Shown here: positions 10,825 to 24,758 of the stretch, in pieces
How the letters are laid out: every line of letters starts with the position of its first letter
Numbering within the stretch: position 1 is the stretch's first letter
IMG/VR virus record: IMGVR_UViG_2711768042_000003
DNA: 39,964 nucleotides
Source of the DNA: a virus
Lineage: Duplodnaviria; Heunggongvirae; Uroviricota; Caudoviricetes
Direction: 5' to 3' (one strand)
The notes under the pieces: model-generated
Told to the model about the DNA's origin: nothing
What the model saw: only the letters and a program-made list of their open reading frames with translations
Databases searched by the model: none
Program-made: the position numbers and the translations under genes

Positions 10825-11565
10825 TTAACTGGCGGTGACGGTGATTTCTGCAACCGCAGCAAACTCACCATTACCGGATACCACCGGAATGTTGACCTTA
10901 CCTGCAGCAACGCCGTTCACGGTGATGGTCATACCACTGACCGACACGGTGGCTTTTGTTTTATCCGCAGACACCGCACGGAAGCTCTTGTCGGTTACGC
11001 CTTCCGGCTGGAATGCCACGGTCAGCGTGGTGCTCTGCCCTTTCACTACGGAAGCACTGGCTGGTGTTACCGTCATGCCGGTTGCCGCTGTTACTGTGCT
11101 GCGATCTTCTGCCATCGACGGGCGTCCCACATTGGTGACCTTCACCGTGCGGGTGATCACTTCCTTCGCCGTCACCGCCTTACCGATACTGCTGACCCAG
11201 CCACGGAACACATCGACCGTGCCGTTCGGAAAGCGGATTTTATAGGCACGGGTATCACCTTCATTAAACCACGCCAGCAGCGCCTGCTGCCCCTGCTCTC
11301 CGGGCATCCACGCCAGCGTGAAGCTGGTATCTCCGGCTGACTTCTGCCCCTGTCCGGTCGCGGTCCAGTCCGCATCTTCATCATCGAGATAACTGTCGTC
11401 ATAGGACTCAGCGGTCAGTTCGCCGGGCGTCAGGTCTTTAACTTTAGCCAGACGCGACCAGTCAACGTCTGAAAGCGGGTTCGCATAAGGGTCACCGTTC
11501 CCCTTATAAACCCACAGAGTGGTTCCGGCACCTTTCACCGGCATTGTTGGATTTGGTACAGGCAT
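10825..11565 (-). CDS. V: major tail tube protein V (with C-terminal Big_2-like domain)
   Basis: Start taken at internal Met ([12 protein letters not shown]) with GAGGA RBS; lambda V-like. Confidence 0.9.
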   Translation of the reverse strand: MPVPNPTMPVKGAGTTLWVYKGNGDPYANPLSDVDWSRLAKVKDLTPGELTAESYDDSYLDDEDADWTATGQGQKSAGDTSFTLAWMPGEQGQQALLAWFNEGDTRAYKIRFPNGTVDVFRGWVSSIGKAVTAKEVITRTVKVTNVGRPSMAEDRSTVTAATGMTVTPASASVVKGQSTTLTVAFQPEGVTDKSFRAVSADKTKATVSVSGMTITVNGVAAGKVNIPVVSGNGEFAAVAEITVTAS

Positions 11566-11572
11566 AGCGTCC

Positions 11573-11968
11573 TCACATTTCATAGGTAATGACATAAGTC
11601 AGATCGGCTGAACTCCACAGGCCCGCATCATCGTCGCGCCGGTAGTCATAGCCACTGGCCACCATACTGGTGATCAAATCTGACAGTGCCGGGATATCGC
11701 TCATCACCGGATAAATCCGGGACTCCATCCACGAATCCAGCTCTGAATCCGGCACCTGAGCAGGCAGGAAAACTTCAATATGCAGCTCCGCCTGCCAGGT
11801 ATCGCTGTCCAGCTCTTCGCCCGTGTATTCAGCGCCAGTGAGATAAACGGCAATTGCCGGAAAATCTTCCTCATCAAAAACAGCGGGGCGACCATCAAAA
11901 AGCGTCGCCCCGGTGTCATGCTTCTCCAGTGCATCCAGTACGGCTGCACGGAGTTCAGTATGTTTCAT
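11573..11968 (-). CDS. U: tail terminator protein U
   Basis: 131 aa, lambda U-like. Confidence 0.95.
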   Translation of the reverse strand: MKHTELRAAVLDALEKHDTGATLFDGRPAVFDEEDFPAIAVYLTGAEYTGEELDSDTWQAELHIEVFLPAQVPDSELDSWMESRIYPVMSDIPALSDLITSMVASGYDYRRDDDAGLWSSADLTYVITYEM

Positions 11969-12543
11969 CGCTTTATTACCATTCTCAGTTGATGCTGCAG
12001 CGCATAGCCCAGCTCTTTCGGAAGACGTTCACGCCGTATCCGTTCAATATTCTGTTTAAACGCCGTGGTCAGCGGCACCGCCATCGGGATTTTCACCACA
12101 TCAATGGGGTAACGGTTTTTCCCGGCCACACGCTGCATGACATGCCACCGCCCATTTTTCAGTTGCTGAATAAACGCGCCGGGAATACGACGGTTACCCA
12201 CCACAAGCACGCTGCCGCCACCTTTCAGGGATGAACGCTGCCCCTTTTTACGACGCCTGCGTCGGGACAGGACAATCCGCGCATTACCCAGCTTGATTAC
12301 GGGCAAATCCCCCCGGTTAACTTTGATTCTGGCCTGCGGATTTTTGACCGTGGCCCTTTTCAGCCTGGCCCTTTCCTTTACCAGTTTCCGGCGTACCTTT
12401 GTCTCACGGGCAACCTGTGACGCAGACTGCGATATCGCGGATGAAGCAACGCGGTTAATGGCCATTGCGGCGGCACCAGGCACCGCCGTTTTGCTGATAC
12501 GGCTGAGGTTTTCAACGGCCTGCTCAAGACCTTTTATGGCCAT
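11965..12543 (-). CDS. Z: tail completion protein Z
   Basis: 192 aa, lambda Z-like. Confidence 0.9.
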   Translation of the reverse strand: MAIKGLEQAVENLSRISKTAVPGAAAMAINRVASSAISQSASQVARETKVRRKLVKERARLKRATVKNPQARIKVNRGDLPVIKLGNARIVLSRRRRRKKGQRSSLKGGGSVLVVGNRRIPGAFIQQLKNGRWHVMQRVAGKNRYPIDVVKIPMAVPLTTAFKQNIERIRRERLPKELGYALQHQLRMVIKR

Positions 12544-12554
12544 ACATCCCCCTT

Positions 12555-12908
12555 TCAGCGGCGACGGTTAACGGCAGGCGGCACGCCACGCCCAAGCCAG
12601 AGATGACAGCTTCCGCCATCATCCGGCGTAACCCGATCTACCCAGAAGTTTTCCTCACCGATGGTCAGCGTGTCTCCACGCCGCAGCTGCCGCACATCAT
12701 CAGTCCGGACAAACAGGGACGGGCTGGAGCCTTCAACGCGCACGCCCTGTCCGGCATAGCTGATATTTTCAGGGTCATCAAAAACACCACGTATTACTGC
12801 GCCGGACTGCTCACCGGATGTAATGGTGGCTGACGTTCCCATGTACCCGCGTATCGTTTCATCGGCGCGGGCAATGGCAGCATCGAACAGGTTATCGAAA
12901 TCAGCCAC
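12555..12908 (-). CDS. FII: head-tail joining protein FII
   Basis: 117 aa, lambda FII-like. Confidence 0.9.
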   Translation of the reverse strand: MADFDNLFDAAIARADETIRGYMGTSATITSGEQSGAVIRGVFDDPENISYAGQGVRVEGSSPSLFVRTDDVRQLRRGDTLTIGEENFWVDRVTPDDGGSCHLWLGRGVPPAVNRRR

Positions 12909-12919
12909 AGCGCCTCCCG

Positions 12920-13318
12920 TTATTGCATTCTGGCCAGGCTACGTTCTGTCATTTCGGCTGCCACACCGGCAGAGACACGAAACGCCGTTCCAGGCAGCAC
13001 AAATGCCACAGGTTCATCCCGGATGGCGTGAAGTGCATCGGTGTGCAGCGTCACCAGTGCCACGACCGTGACCAGATCAGCCGCATCCTGAATCACGGTA
13101 TCCGGCTGCGCTGATACAACCTCATTTTCATGCCCGGTCAGCACATTTTCCGGGCTGAGAGGGGTGTCCTGACCGGCAGTGTCATCCGTGTCATCAAGCT
13201 CTTCTTCCAGCTCTGCCACACGGAGCGCCAGTTCTTCTTTCGTCCCCGTCAGGCTGACATCACGGTTCAGTTGCTCACCCAGCGACCGGAGACGGGCAAT
13301 CAGTTCATCTTTCGTCAT
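12920..13318 (-). CDS. FI: DNA packaging protein FI
   Basis: Start at internal Met (MTKDELIARL) with GGAGG RBS. Confidence 0.85.
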   Translation of the reverse strand: MTKDELIARLRSLGEQLNRDVSLTGTKEELALRVAELEEELDDTDDTAGQDTPLSPENVLTGHENEVVSAQPDTVIQDAADLVTVVALVTLHTDALHAIRDEPVAFVLPGTAFRVSAGVAAEMTERSLARMQ

Positions 13319-13359
13319 GGACTCCTCCACAGAGAGAAAATGGCCCCGAAGGGCCACGA

Positions 13360-14385
13360 TTACGCCAGTTGTACAGACACGAATTCATCAGGGTCAGCCA
13401 GCAGCATCAGCGGTGCTGACTGAATCATGGTGAACTCACGCGCCGGATCGCCGGTGGTCACCCAGTTTTTCGGGTAACGGGCAGAGGCGTTAATGCCTTC
13501 GCGCTGTGCGTCCGCATCCTGAATGCAGCCATAGGTGCGCAGACCGCGTGCCTGAGTGTTCCCCAGCACCATCGTGTTGTCCGGCAGGAAGTTCTTTTTG
13601 ACGCCGTTTTCCACGTACTGTCCGGAATACACGACGATGGCCACATCGCCATACATTCCCTTATAAGACACCGCTTTGCCCAGGTCTTTTACCGCTGTCT
13701 CCAGCTCGGAATGAGAGCCGCGACGGGTATCCAGCTTCTCCTTGACGGCCTTGAAGGAACGGAACAGCGCCCAGCCTTTCGGATCAAACACGATGATATT
13801 CACCACGCCGCTGGCGTTCAGCGCGTAGGCTTCGATATCGTCGGTCGGGTCATACGTGGACTTGTCACGCTTGCTCCACTCCGTGCCGCCGGACTGCGTG
13901 ATGTTATTCGCCGCACTGCGGCCCATATCCACCTCAACCGGATCGAAGGCTTCACCGGTCATGGTGTATTTGCCCTTAAGCACGGCAGAAACTGCCTGCA
14001 TCTCTTCCACCTGGGCAATGGCCAGCTCTTCGTCACGCATGTTCTGCATGATGATGCGACGGCGACGGTAAGCCGGGTCCGCCAGATTCTGCGGATCTTC
14101 ATCCGGCAGGCGACGCAGGGTCATCTGCGGATTCACTTCATGCTTGGGTTTGACATATCCCGGCGTAAATTCAGAGGTGGAGCCGCCACGGGAGCGGATA
14201 ACCTCACCGGAAACAATCGGCGAAACGTACAGCGCCATGTTTACCAGTCCCGGAATTTGTGAGAGATAGACTTTCTCCGTGGTGAAGGGATAGCTTTCAC
14301 GGAAAAAGAGACGCAGAAACAGCGGATCAAACTTAAATTTCTGCTCATTTGCCGCCAGCAGTTGGGCGGTTGTGTACATCGACAT
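13360..14385 (-). CDS. E: major capsid protein E
   Basis: Start at MSMYTTAQLL; lambda E-like throughout. Confidence 0.95.
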   Translation of the reverse strand: MSMYTTAQLLAANEQKFKFDPLFLRLFFRESYPFTTEKVYLSQIPGLVNMALYVSPIVSGEVIRSRGGSTSEFTPGYVKPKHEVNPQMTLRRLPDEDPQNLADPAYRRRRIIMQNMRDEELAIAQVEEMQAVSAVLKGKYTMTGEAFDPVEVDMGRSAANNITQSGGTEWSKRDKSTYDPTDDIEAYALNASGVVNIIVFDPKGWALFRSFKAVKEKLDTRRGSHSELETAVKDLGKAVSYKGMYGDVAIVVYSGQYVENGVKKNFLPDNTMVLGNTQARGLRTYGCIQDADAQREGINASARYPKNWVTTGDPAREFTMIQSAPLMLLADPDEFVSVQLA

Positions 14386-14440
14386 AAAAAAATCCCGTAA
14401 AAAAAGCCGCACAGGCGGCCTTTAGTGATGAAGGGTAAGG

Positions 14441-14773
14441 TTAAACGATGCTGATTGCCGTTCCGGCAAACGCGGTCCGTTTTTTCGTCTCGTCGCTGGC
14501 AGCCTCCGGCCAGAGCACATCCTCATAACGGAACGTGCCGGACTTGTAGAACGTCAGCGCGGTGCTGGTCTGGTCAGCAGCAACCGCCAGAATGCCAACG
14601 GCAGCACCGTCGGTGGTGCCATCCCACGCAACCAGCTTACGGGTGGAGGTGTCCAGCATCAGCGGGGTCATTGCAGGCGCTTTCGCACTCAATCCGCCGG
14701 GCGCGGTTGCGGTATGAGCCGGGTCACTGTTGCCCAGCGGCTGGTAATGGGTAAAGGTTTCTTTGCTCGTCAT
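14441..14773 (-). CDS. D: head decoration protein D
   Basis: Start at [12 protein letters not shown]; lambda D-like. Confidence 0.95.
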   Translation of the reverse strand: MTSKETFTHYQPLGNSDPAHTATAPGGLSAKAPAMTPLMLDTSTRKLVAWDGTTDGAAVGILAVAADQTSTALTFYKSGTFRYEDVLWPEAASDETKKRTAFAGTAISIV

Positions 14774-14782
14774 AAACATCCC

Positions 14783-16082
14783 TTACACTGGTGTGTTCAG
14801 CAAATCGTTAACGGCATCAGATGCCGGGTTACCTGCAGCCAGCGGTGCCGGTGCACCCTGCATCAGACGATCCAGCGCAGTGTCACTGCGCGCCTGTGCA
14901 CTCTGTGGTGCTGCGGCCAGAATGCGGCGGGCCGTTTCCACGGTCATACCGGGGGTTTCTGCCAGCACGCGGGCCTGTTCTTCGCGTCCGTGAGCCTCCT
15001 CACAGTTGAGGATCCCCATAATGCGGCTGTTTTCTGCCGCAACCGCTGCGGTGATCTGCGCGTTCACGTCCGGCTGCGCCGCGCTGGCGTTTTCGCCCTC
15101 CGTCGCTGGCACCACGTCAGTAACGTCAGCCTGCGAAGCAGTGGCTGAAACAGTTGTTGATTGAGTCTCTTTGGTCATTCGCCCTCCTGAGAGACGGGAT
15201 TTACGTGCATCCAGTGCATCACGCATGACGGTGATCGCATCGGTGCTGTTAACAAGTTCATCAGCCAGTCCGGCATCAATGGCCTCCTGACCGCTGTACA
15301 CTGCAGCCTCGGTATCCAGCACAGCCTGCACAGACAGGCCGGTATATGCCGACACCTTCTGCGCAAACATCTGGCGGGTTGCGTCCATCCGGGACTGCAG
15401 TGTCTCCCGGACGTCATCCGGAAGATGGCTGTAGGGATTGCCATCCACCTTATGGCTGCCGCTGTAAATCAGCGTGATTTCCACGCCCTGTTTCTCCAGC
15501 GCAGCACCGTAATTACTGTGAGCCATCATGACGCCGATAGAGCCTGTCCGGGCGGTCTGCGTGACCAGACGCCGGGAGGCGGCACTGGCAAGCAGCTGAC
15601 CTGCACTGCAGTTCATGTCGTTGGCCAGCGCCCATACCGGTTTTATGTCACGCACACGGGCGATGATGTCAGCGCAGTCAAATGCCCCCGCCACCATCCC
15701 GCCGGGCGTGTCCATATCGAGCAGAATGCCGTCCACCATCGGATCGCTGGCAGCCTGTTGCAGACGGGCGATAATGCCGTTGTAACCGGTCATCCCCGAA
15801 TACGGCTGCAGCGCCCGCGTCCGGCTGACCAGCGTGCCGGACACCGGCAGCACGGCGATGCCGTTCATGATCTGATAACTGCGGGCCTGTCGTGGTCCGT
15901 CATCATCACCGGATAACGCCAGCGTCGCGGGTGCCTCTCCGGCAGCCAGGCTGTCACCGGACACCGCATCCGTCAGACGGCTGATCCCAAGCTGGCCTGC
16001 AAGCGCACAAAAGAAAACCCGCGCATAGGCGGGTTCAAGCATCAGCGGCTCATTAAAGGCCATGCTGGCAATATGCGGGAGA

Positions 16083-16102
<20 letters not shown>
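14783..16102 (-). CDS. C: head maturation protease C with nested in-frame scaffold Nu3
   Basis: S49 (ClpP/SppA-like) protease sequence; start taken at GTG (VTAELRNLPH) overlapping the B 3' end; an upstream in-frame ATG at 16237 is the alternative. Confidence 0.85.
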
Positions 16103-19783
<3,681 letters not shown>

Positions 19784-19809
<26 letters not shown>

Positions 19810-20329
19810 TCAGCAACCCCGGTATCAGTTCATCCAGCGCGGCTGCTTTGTTCATGGCTTTGATGATATCCCGTTTCAGGAAATCAATATGCCGGTTATC
19901 CAGCTCAGGAAAACGTCGCTGCACCGACAGAGGAATACCGTCGAGAATACTGGATATTTCCCTTGCTATACGCGACAGCACGAAAGTACAGAATGCGGTT
20001 TCCACCACTTCAGCCGATTCTTTGGCATTTTTCAGTTCTTGCGCCGTCGCCTGAGCACGAGTCAGGCGATGGCGCTCAAATTCAAGTGTTCCGGGGTGAA
20101 GATCTGCCTCGCTGGCCAGCCGTAATTCTTCAACCTCCCGGCGCAGCTTTTCGTTCTCAATTTCAGCATCCCTTTCGGCATACCATTTTATGACGGCGGC
20201 AGAGTCATAAAGCACCTCATTACCCTTTCCACCGCCTCGCAGAACGGGCATTCCCTGCTCCTGCCAGTTCTGAATGGTACGGATACTCGCACCGAAAATG
20301 TCAGCCAGCTGCTTTTTGTTGACTTCCAT
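19784..20329 (-). CDS. Nu1: terminase small subunit
   Basis: 181 aa, N-terminal HTH MEVNKKQLADIFGASIRTIQNWQ. Confidence 0.95.
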
Positions 20330-20339
20330 TGTTCATTCC

Positions 20340-20540
20340 ACGGACAAAAACAGAGAAAGGAAACGACAGAGGCCAAAAGGCCTGTTTTCAGCACCTGTCG
20401 TTTCCTTTCTTTTCAGGGGGTGTTTTAAATAAAAACATTAAGTTACGGAGAAGAAGAACGGAAACGCCTTAAACCGGAAAATTTTCATAAATAGCGAAAA
20501 CCCGCGCGCCTTCCGCCCCGTAGCCTGCCGGATCGCCGGA
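20340..20540. other. cos region (cosB-cosN-cosQ equivalent)
   Basis: Immediately upstream of Nu1; lambda-like flanks around a 12-mer at 20507-20518; nested inverted repeats at 20358-20407. Confidence 0.65.
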
Positions 20541-20590
20541 AAGGACCCGCAAAGGTGAGAATAATTATCACTTGCATTAATATCCAGCTT

Positions 20591-20760
20591 CTTCCACCAT
20601 CGCACCGGACGGGCGACTATGAGGGACAAAACCGCGCACCATAAACGCGGTAAAAACCCGGTGTGCATCGTTTTTGATTATTTCCGCACACTCGCGCAGA
20701 AGGAATTCCCCGTCGGGCTACGGTCATGGTTAATGCGGAAATACGGCGACGATGCAGCGC
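20591..20760. repeat. copy 1 of a duplicated ~170 bp element
   Basis: About 90 percent identical to 21542-21710, same orientation. Confidence 0.75.
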
Positions 20761-20880
20761 ATGATGTGTCAGGCTTGAATACCTTTATCCGTTAAAAGGG
20801 ATATCAGTTAAGTTATCCCGTGCAGGGTATAAGCCATTATCAAAGCCACTCAGTAGCGAATGGCTTTTGTAATGGACTAT

Positions 20881-21477
20881 TTAATTAGTGATGCTGCGTG
20901 GCTTCATACAAATTTCAGAAATATGATTCTTTTCGTCCAAATGATGCTGGACATCATTTTTATCATCACTCAACAACTCTGCTGTTAATACAATCCCTGC
21001 TGTCTCAGATTTCCAGGAAATGCTGATATCCTGATCATCTGCATCAACATCATATTTTATCGAGTAAGGACTAAAGCTACGTCCAACGAACGCATCATTT
21101 ACCAGTACACGCCCACCCTGTCTGACCTGAAAGTCAACGCGCCCTGAAAGCTGATTTGCTGTTACAAGCAATGCCTTTTTTCTTTTTGTTTTATTGCTCA
21201 TTGCCACCAACTGTTCAGCCATCTCTCTTGTCACACTACCAGAAACTCTTTCTTGAATTTTCACAGAAAATTTTCTGGATGTAGTAGCATCGACATTAAA
21301 AAATCTGGATGTCATCAGGCAGTTATTAACAATTGGCATCAGCTCACTTACGATTGTAAAAAATTCCCGGTAAAGCTCATTTTGCTTTTCAACACACAGC
21401 TTTCCACAATCGTCCAGCTTACGCTCAAGAGCACTTAATCTTTCCATTATTGAATTAATTTTTTGCAACTCTTTCAT
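20881..21477 (-). CDS. hypothetical protein, AT-rich cargo gene
   Basis: 198-aa ORF with GGAGG RBS 6 nt upstream of the ATG; visibly AT-rich against GC-rich neighbours; no family recognised. Confidence 0.7.
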   Translation of the reverse strand: MKELQKINSIMERLSALERKLDDCGKLCVEKQNELYREFFTIVSELMPIVNNCLMTSRFFNVDATTSRKFSVKIQERVSGSVTREMAEQLVAMSNKTKRKKALLVTANQLSGRVDFQVRQGGRVLVNDAFVGRSFSPYSIKYDVDADDQDISISWKSETAGIVLTAELLSDDKNDVQHHLDEKNHISEICMKPRSITN

Positions 21478-21500
21478 CAAAACCTCCTGACAAAGATACC

Positions 21501-21518
21501 GTGCGACCACGGTCGCAC
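21501..21518. promoter_or_regulatory. centromere-like palindrome GTGCGACC-AC-GGTCGCAC (sopC-core-like)
   Basis: Perfect 8-bp arms, 2-bp spacer; one of five copies in the window. Confidence 0.55.
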
Positions 21519-21541
21519 GCTCCTGAATACATGCCCTGTTT

Positions 21542-21710
21542 CTTCCACCCTCGCACAGGACTGGCGAGCATGAGGGACAAACCCGCGAATCATTAGCGCG
21601 GTAAAAACCCGGTGTGCATCGTTTTTGATTATTTCCGCACACTCGCGCAGAGGAGTTCCCCGTCGGGCTACGGTCATGGTTAATGCGGAAATACGGCGAC
21701 GATGCAGCGC
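21542..21710. repeat. copy 2 of the duplicated ~170 bp element
   Basis: Direct repeat of 20591-20760. Confidence 0.75.
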
Positions 21711-21720
21711 GGTATTTAAT

Positions 21721-21738
21721 GTGCGACCACGGTCGCAC
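21721..21738. promoter_or_regulatory. centromere-like palindrome GTGCGACC-AC-GGTCGCAC
   Basis: Identical to the copy at 21501-21518. Confidence 0.55.
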
Positions 21739-21757
21739 ACGAGAAACAAAGAGATTT

Positions 21758-22069
21758 TTATGCTACAGAGGAACAAGCTGGCGGGTAATTCAGCGTAGTG
21801 AATACCGGCATCTCCATCTTGTATGCGTAATGATACTCAGCAGTTGCTCCAGCAGACGCTTTCCAGCCAGGAAGCATCAAAATAGCATCAGCACAACGAA
21901 GCATTGCAAAGCAAATATCCATGTATTCACGTTGTGTCAGACCATTAGGCAAAGTGGCTGGATTCAAGACAGAGTGACCATGTCGTGACAAACGATCTGC
22001 CTCTTTATTAAAGGCGTCACGATTAAAGTTCTCATATCCAGTCATTGGCCCGGCAATATAAATTTTCAT
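21758..22069 (-). CDS. DUF4406-like (nucleoside 2-deoxyribosyltransferase-like) protein
   Basis: 103 aa, N-terminal MKIYIAGPMTG motif typical of this fold; assignment by eye. Confidence 0.55.
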   Translation of the reverse strand: MKIYIAGPMTGYENFNRDAFNKEADRLSRHGHSVLNPATLPNGLTQREYMDICFAMLRCADAILMLPGWKASAGATAEYHYAYKMEMPVFTTLNYPPACSSVA

Positions 22070-22110
22070 TCACTATCCAACAAATTGAGTTCGTTTTTGA
22101 TACAGAGGGA

Positions 22111-22578
22111 TTAATTCGGGCATTGCGTCTTGATGTATTCCTGAAGCGTTCTCAGTGCTGTCTGGTCTCTGATGATTCCGTCCCGGATACCGAGAACGTT
22201 TCGTCCAGCAACTGGAGAGAGTTCGACGGTGGCATCATTGCCCATGCCGGAGGCGCTGGAGGTTTCGGCTGAGGATGGCACAGAGCATTTTCCTTTGACG
22301 AGCACCCGACCACCATTATCAAGCTTGCGCCGAAGAGCATCATTTTCAGCTTTCGCATCAGCCAACTCCTTCGTGTATTTTGCATCGAGCGCAGCAACAT
22401 CACGCTGACGCTGCTGCATGTCAGCGATGGTGGCGGTCGCCTGCTTCAGCTCACTGACTTTTTTATCACGCTGTTCTTTGTAGGCGATGGCGTTATCACG
22501 GTAATGATTAACAGCCCACGACAGGCAGACGATGATGCAGATAACCAGTGCGGAGATAATTGCGGTTACTCTGCTCAT
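22111..22578 (-). CDS. Rz: i-spanin Rz
   Basis: N-terminal TM segment and coiled coil, lambda Rz-like over the N-terminal half; start at MSRVTAIIS. Confidence 0.85.
   Translation of the reverse strand: MSRVTAIISALVICIIVCLSWAVNHYRDNAIAYKEQRDKKVSELKQATATIADMQQRQRDVAALDAKYTKELADAKAENDALRRKLDNGGRVLVKGKCSVPSSAETSSASGMGNDATVELSPVAGRNVLGIRDGIIRDQTALRTLQEYIKTQCPN
22152..22358 (-). CDS. Rz1: o-spanin Rz1 (lipoprotein embedded in Rz in the +1 frame)
   Basis: [19 protein letters not shown] lipobox followed by a Pro-rich segment. Confidence 0.7.
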   Translation of the reverse strand: MRKLKMMLFGASLIMVVGCSSKENALCHPQPKPPAPPAWAMMPPSNSLQLLDETFSVSGTESSETRQH

Positions 22579-23075
22579 TGCTGCCCCCACAAACAGACTT
22601 CACGCTCAATCTCACGGCGAGTCATCAGCCCTTTCCATTGCTTACCGCCAGCATATGTCCAGCGACGTAGTTGATCACATGCACCTTTGATATCGCCCTG
22701 GTTGATTTTGCGAAGAAGTGTCGATGTTCTGAAATTGCCTGCACCCACGTTGTAAACGAACGAGTAAAGAGCACCACGCGTTGTTTCCGGTATATCGACT
22801 TTGATGTACGGGTTAATTTGTCTGGCGACAGTAGCAAGGTCTTTATTCAGGAGAGCTTTGCATTCTGCTTCGGTATACGTTTTACCGAGCATAATGTCTT
22901 TTCCTGTATGCCCGTAACATACAGTCCATACACCAACGATGTCTTTGTAGGGGTTATGTCTCACACCTTCCAGACCATCGTTGCCGCTCGGACCAGAGAT
23001 GAGCACAGATGCTATGGCAATAGCCCCGCCACCAATAGCAGTTGCGACAGCTTTGCGTAATGATGACTGCATCAT
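22575..23075 (-). CDS. R: SAR endolysin (T4-lysozyme-like, GH24)
   Basis: N-terminal Gly/Ala-rich signal-anchor-release segment [20 protein letters not shown] followed by a lysozyme-like domain. Confidence 0.85.
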   Translation of the reverse strand: MMQSSLRKAVATAIGGGAIAIASVLISGPSGNDGLEGVRHNPYKDIVGVWTVCYGHTGKDIMLGKTYTEAECKALLNKDLATVARQINPYIKVDIPETTRGALYSFVYNVGAGNFRTSTLLRKINQGDIKGACDQLRRWTYAGGKQWKGLMTRREIEREVCLWGQQ

Positions 23076-23344
23076 ATTTCCTTCGGTGCTCTCTTTCCCA
23101 ATTCACCAATAACCATCGCCGTGGCGGAAATATTATTGGCATCAGTTTTATCCAATATGTCCTGCAATATCTTCGTGCGCTTCATCTGCTCGCGTTTATT
23201 GAGCCGGTATGTAAGTACACCGAGGATAATGCTGAACGCGACACCGATAATGAAGCCCCAATCCTGCAATGACAGGCTGGCAAAGAACGCAGTAAGACCA
23301 GCACTACCATAAGATGCGCTGCTGTATCGTTCATCCATCTTCAT
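23072..23344 (-). CDS. S: holin with dual-start motif
   Basis: 90 aa, starts MKM (Met-Lys-Met), two predicted TM segments, directly upstream of the endolysin. Confidence 0.75.
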   Translation of the reverse strand: MKMDERYSSASYGSAGLTAFFASLSLQDWGFIIGVAFSIILGVLTYRLNKREQMKRTKILQDILDKTDANNISATAMVIGELGKRAPKEI

Positions 23345-23439
23345 ATCTCTTACCTCGCAATAGTTGCTGAGGTTTCGGCTTGGAAACTATACGGCGAGAA
23401 ATAACCCCATCAAAAACGGCAAGGGAATATATTCTTCAG

Positions 23440-24516
23440 TTACTCAAATAACTTTTTCACTTCATCAACTGTCTGAAGATAACGTTCACCCTCAATCTCA
23501 ATACCGATTGCCTGACGACCTAACTTCAGCGCGGCTTTAATAGTAGAGCCTGATCCCATAAAGAAATCGGCAACGATATCTCCGGGGCGGGAACTACTTT
23601 TTATAATATGTTCCATCATCGCTGCAGGTTTTTCACATGGGTGCTTGCCAGGATAATATTGCACAGGAGGAAACTCCCATACATCGGTATAAGGTACATC
23701 AGCAGTAACATGAAATGGGCGGCGCAAATTTTCATACTGAGCCTTCAAATCATCATACTGCTTCTTTACTTCCTCATAACGCAATTTCAGATCGCTATAA
23801 CGCTTTTCATGTTCTGAATAATCAACATTAAAAGGATATGGACACGGGACACCGAGTGAATCTGCCTTCCTGCGAAATAATTCGCATAGTTTATTAAAAT
23901 CACTTAATGATGGAAGCCGCCACTGCGAATAAGAAAACCAGTGCGAACACATCTGCTTTCCTGTTGCTGAATTAATGTCTGCGGCTGATATATCTAACTG
24001 ACGGCGAGCCAGCGAAAAAGCATCAATTAGTGGAGAAAAAATATTTTTTCTTAAATCTGCACATTTTGAAGCATAACCTGACTGACCTTTAGCATAACCT
24101 GACGCGCCGTAATGCTCTGCAAATAATATTCTTTCAGTGGCAGGAAAATAAGCCCTTAAACTTTCTTTATGACAACCGCGCCACATACCACTGGGTTTAG
24201 CCCAAATGATATGGTTCAGAACATTGAAACGGTCGCGAGTTAATAATTCAATTTTTGACGCAAGGCGAGAGCCGGTAAACATATACAGGCTGCCATTAGG
24301 GGCCAATATCCGCCAAAATTCTGCCAAAAATTCATCAATCCACCCCAAAAAGTCAGCATCGCTATCCCACTGGTTATCCCATGCGTTAGCCTTTACGCCG
24401 AAGTATGGTGGGTCTGTTGCAATCAAATTGACCGAGTTATCAGGGATGGTTTTGATAAATTGCAGAGAATCTGCGCAAACGAGTTGCGCGCCATGAATAT
24501 TAGTGGTTTTGAACAT
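23440..24516 (-). CDS. DNA N6-adenine/N4-cytosine methyltransferase (orphan)
   Basis: DPPY catalytic motif near the N-terminus, C-terminal FxGSGST AdoMet motif; start taken at MFKTTNIHG, upstream ATG at 24561 possible. Confidence 0.85.
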   Translation of the reverse strand: MFKTTNIHGAQLVCADSLQFIKTIPDNSVNLIATDPPYFGVKANAWDNQWDSDADFLGWIDEFLAEFWRILAPNGSLYMFTGSRLASKIELLTRDRFNVLNHIIWAKPSGMWRGCHKESLRAYFPATERILFAEHYGASGYAKGQSGYASKCADLRKNIFSPLIDAFSLARRQLDISAADINSATGKQMCSHWFSYSQWRLPSLSDFNKLCELFRRKADSLGVPCPYPFNVDYSEHEKRYSDLKLRYEEVKKQYDDLKAQYENLRRPFHVTADVPYTDVWEFPPVQYYPGKHPCEKPAAMMEHIIKSSSRPGDIVADFFMGSGSTIKAALKLGRQAIGIEIEGERYLQTVDEVKKLFE

Positions 24517-24650
24517 AGCTATTATTTTTTTGCCTGGGTAAGCTAACCCGGTGATGCGCATCGCGGGTGGGCTTTAGGTTCAGCCTATAGCTCTGGCATG
24601 GGTTGACCGCAGGACAAGCTGCAACTTGTCCTGCGCCCACTTTTCAGGCA

Positions 24651-24676
24651 CAAAAAAACCGCCATAAAGGCGGCTT
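24651..24676 (-). terminator. intrinsic terminator in the late leader
   Basis: Minus-strand GCCGCC-TTTAT-GGCGG followed by seven U; an 11-bp stem hairpin lies at 24609-24636. Confidence 0.45.
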
Positions 24677-24712
24677 GTTGGCTGTTGGGTACAAAAAACC
24701 CAACTTAACAAA

Positions 24713-24741
24713 ACAATAACTAAAAACCGTAATTTTGCCAA
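24713..24741 (-). promoter_or_regulatory. candidate late promoter (-35 TTGGCA, 17 bp, -10 TATTGT)
   Basis: Sigma70-like hexamers on the minus strand upstream of the methyltransferase-lysis operon. Confidence 0.4.
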
Positions 24742-24758
24742 GCTTTTTCGTTTTTGTG

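Noticed and set aside
21477-21776. 99-aa minus-strand ORF spanning the second repeat copy and two palindromes
   Set aside because: It is created by the open reading potential of the repeated non-coding element; the same MRPWSH start recurs at 29581 purely because of the palindrome sequence.
21683-21988. 101-aa plus-strand ORF downstream of the bor-promoter-like repeat
   Set aside because: Antisense to the better-supported DUF4406-like gene, with no RBS; no bor-like lipoprotein gene is present.
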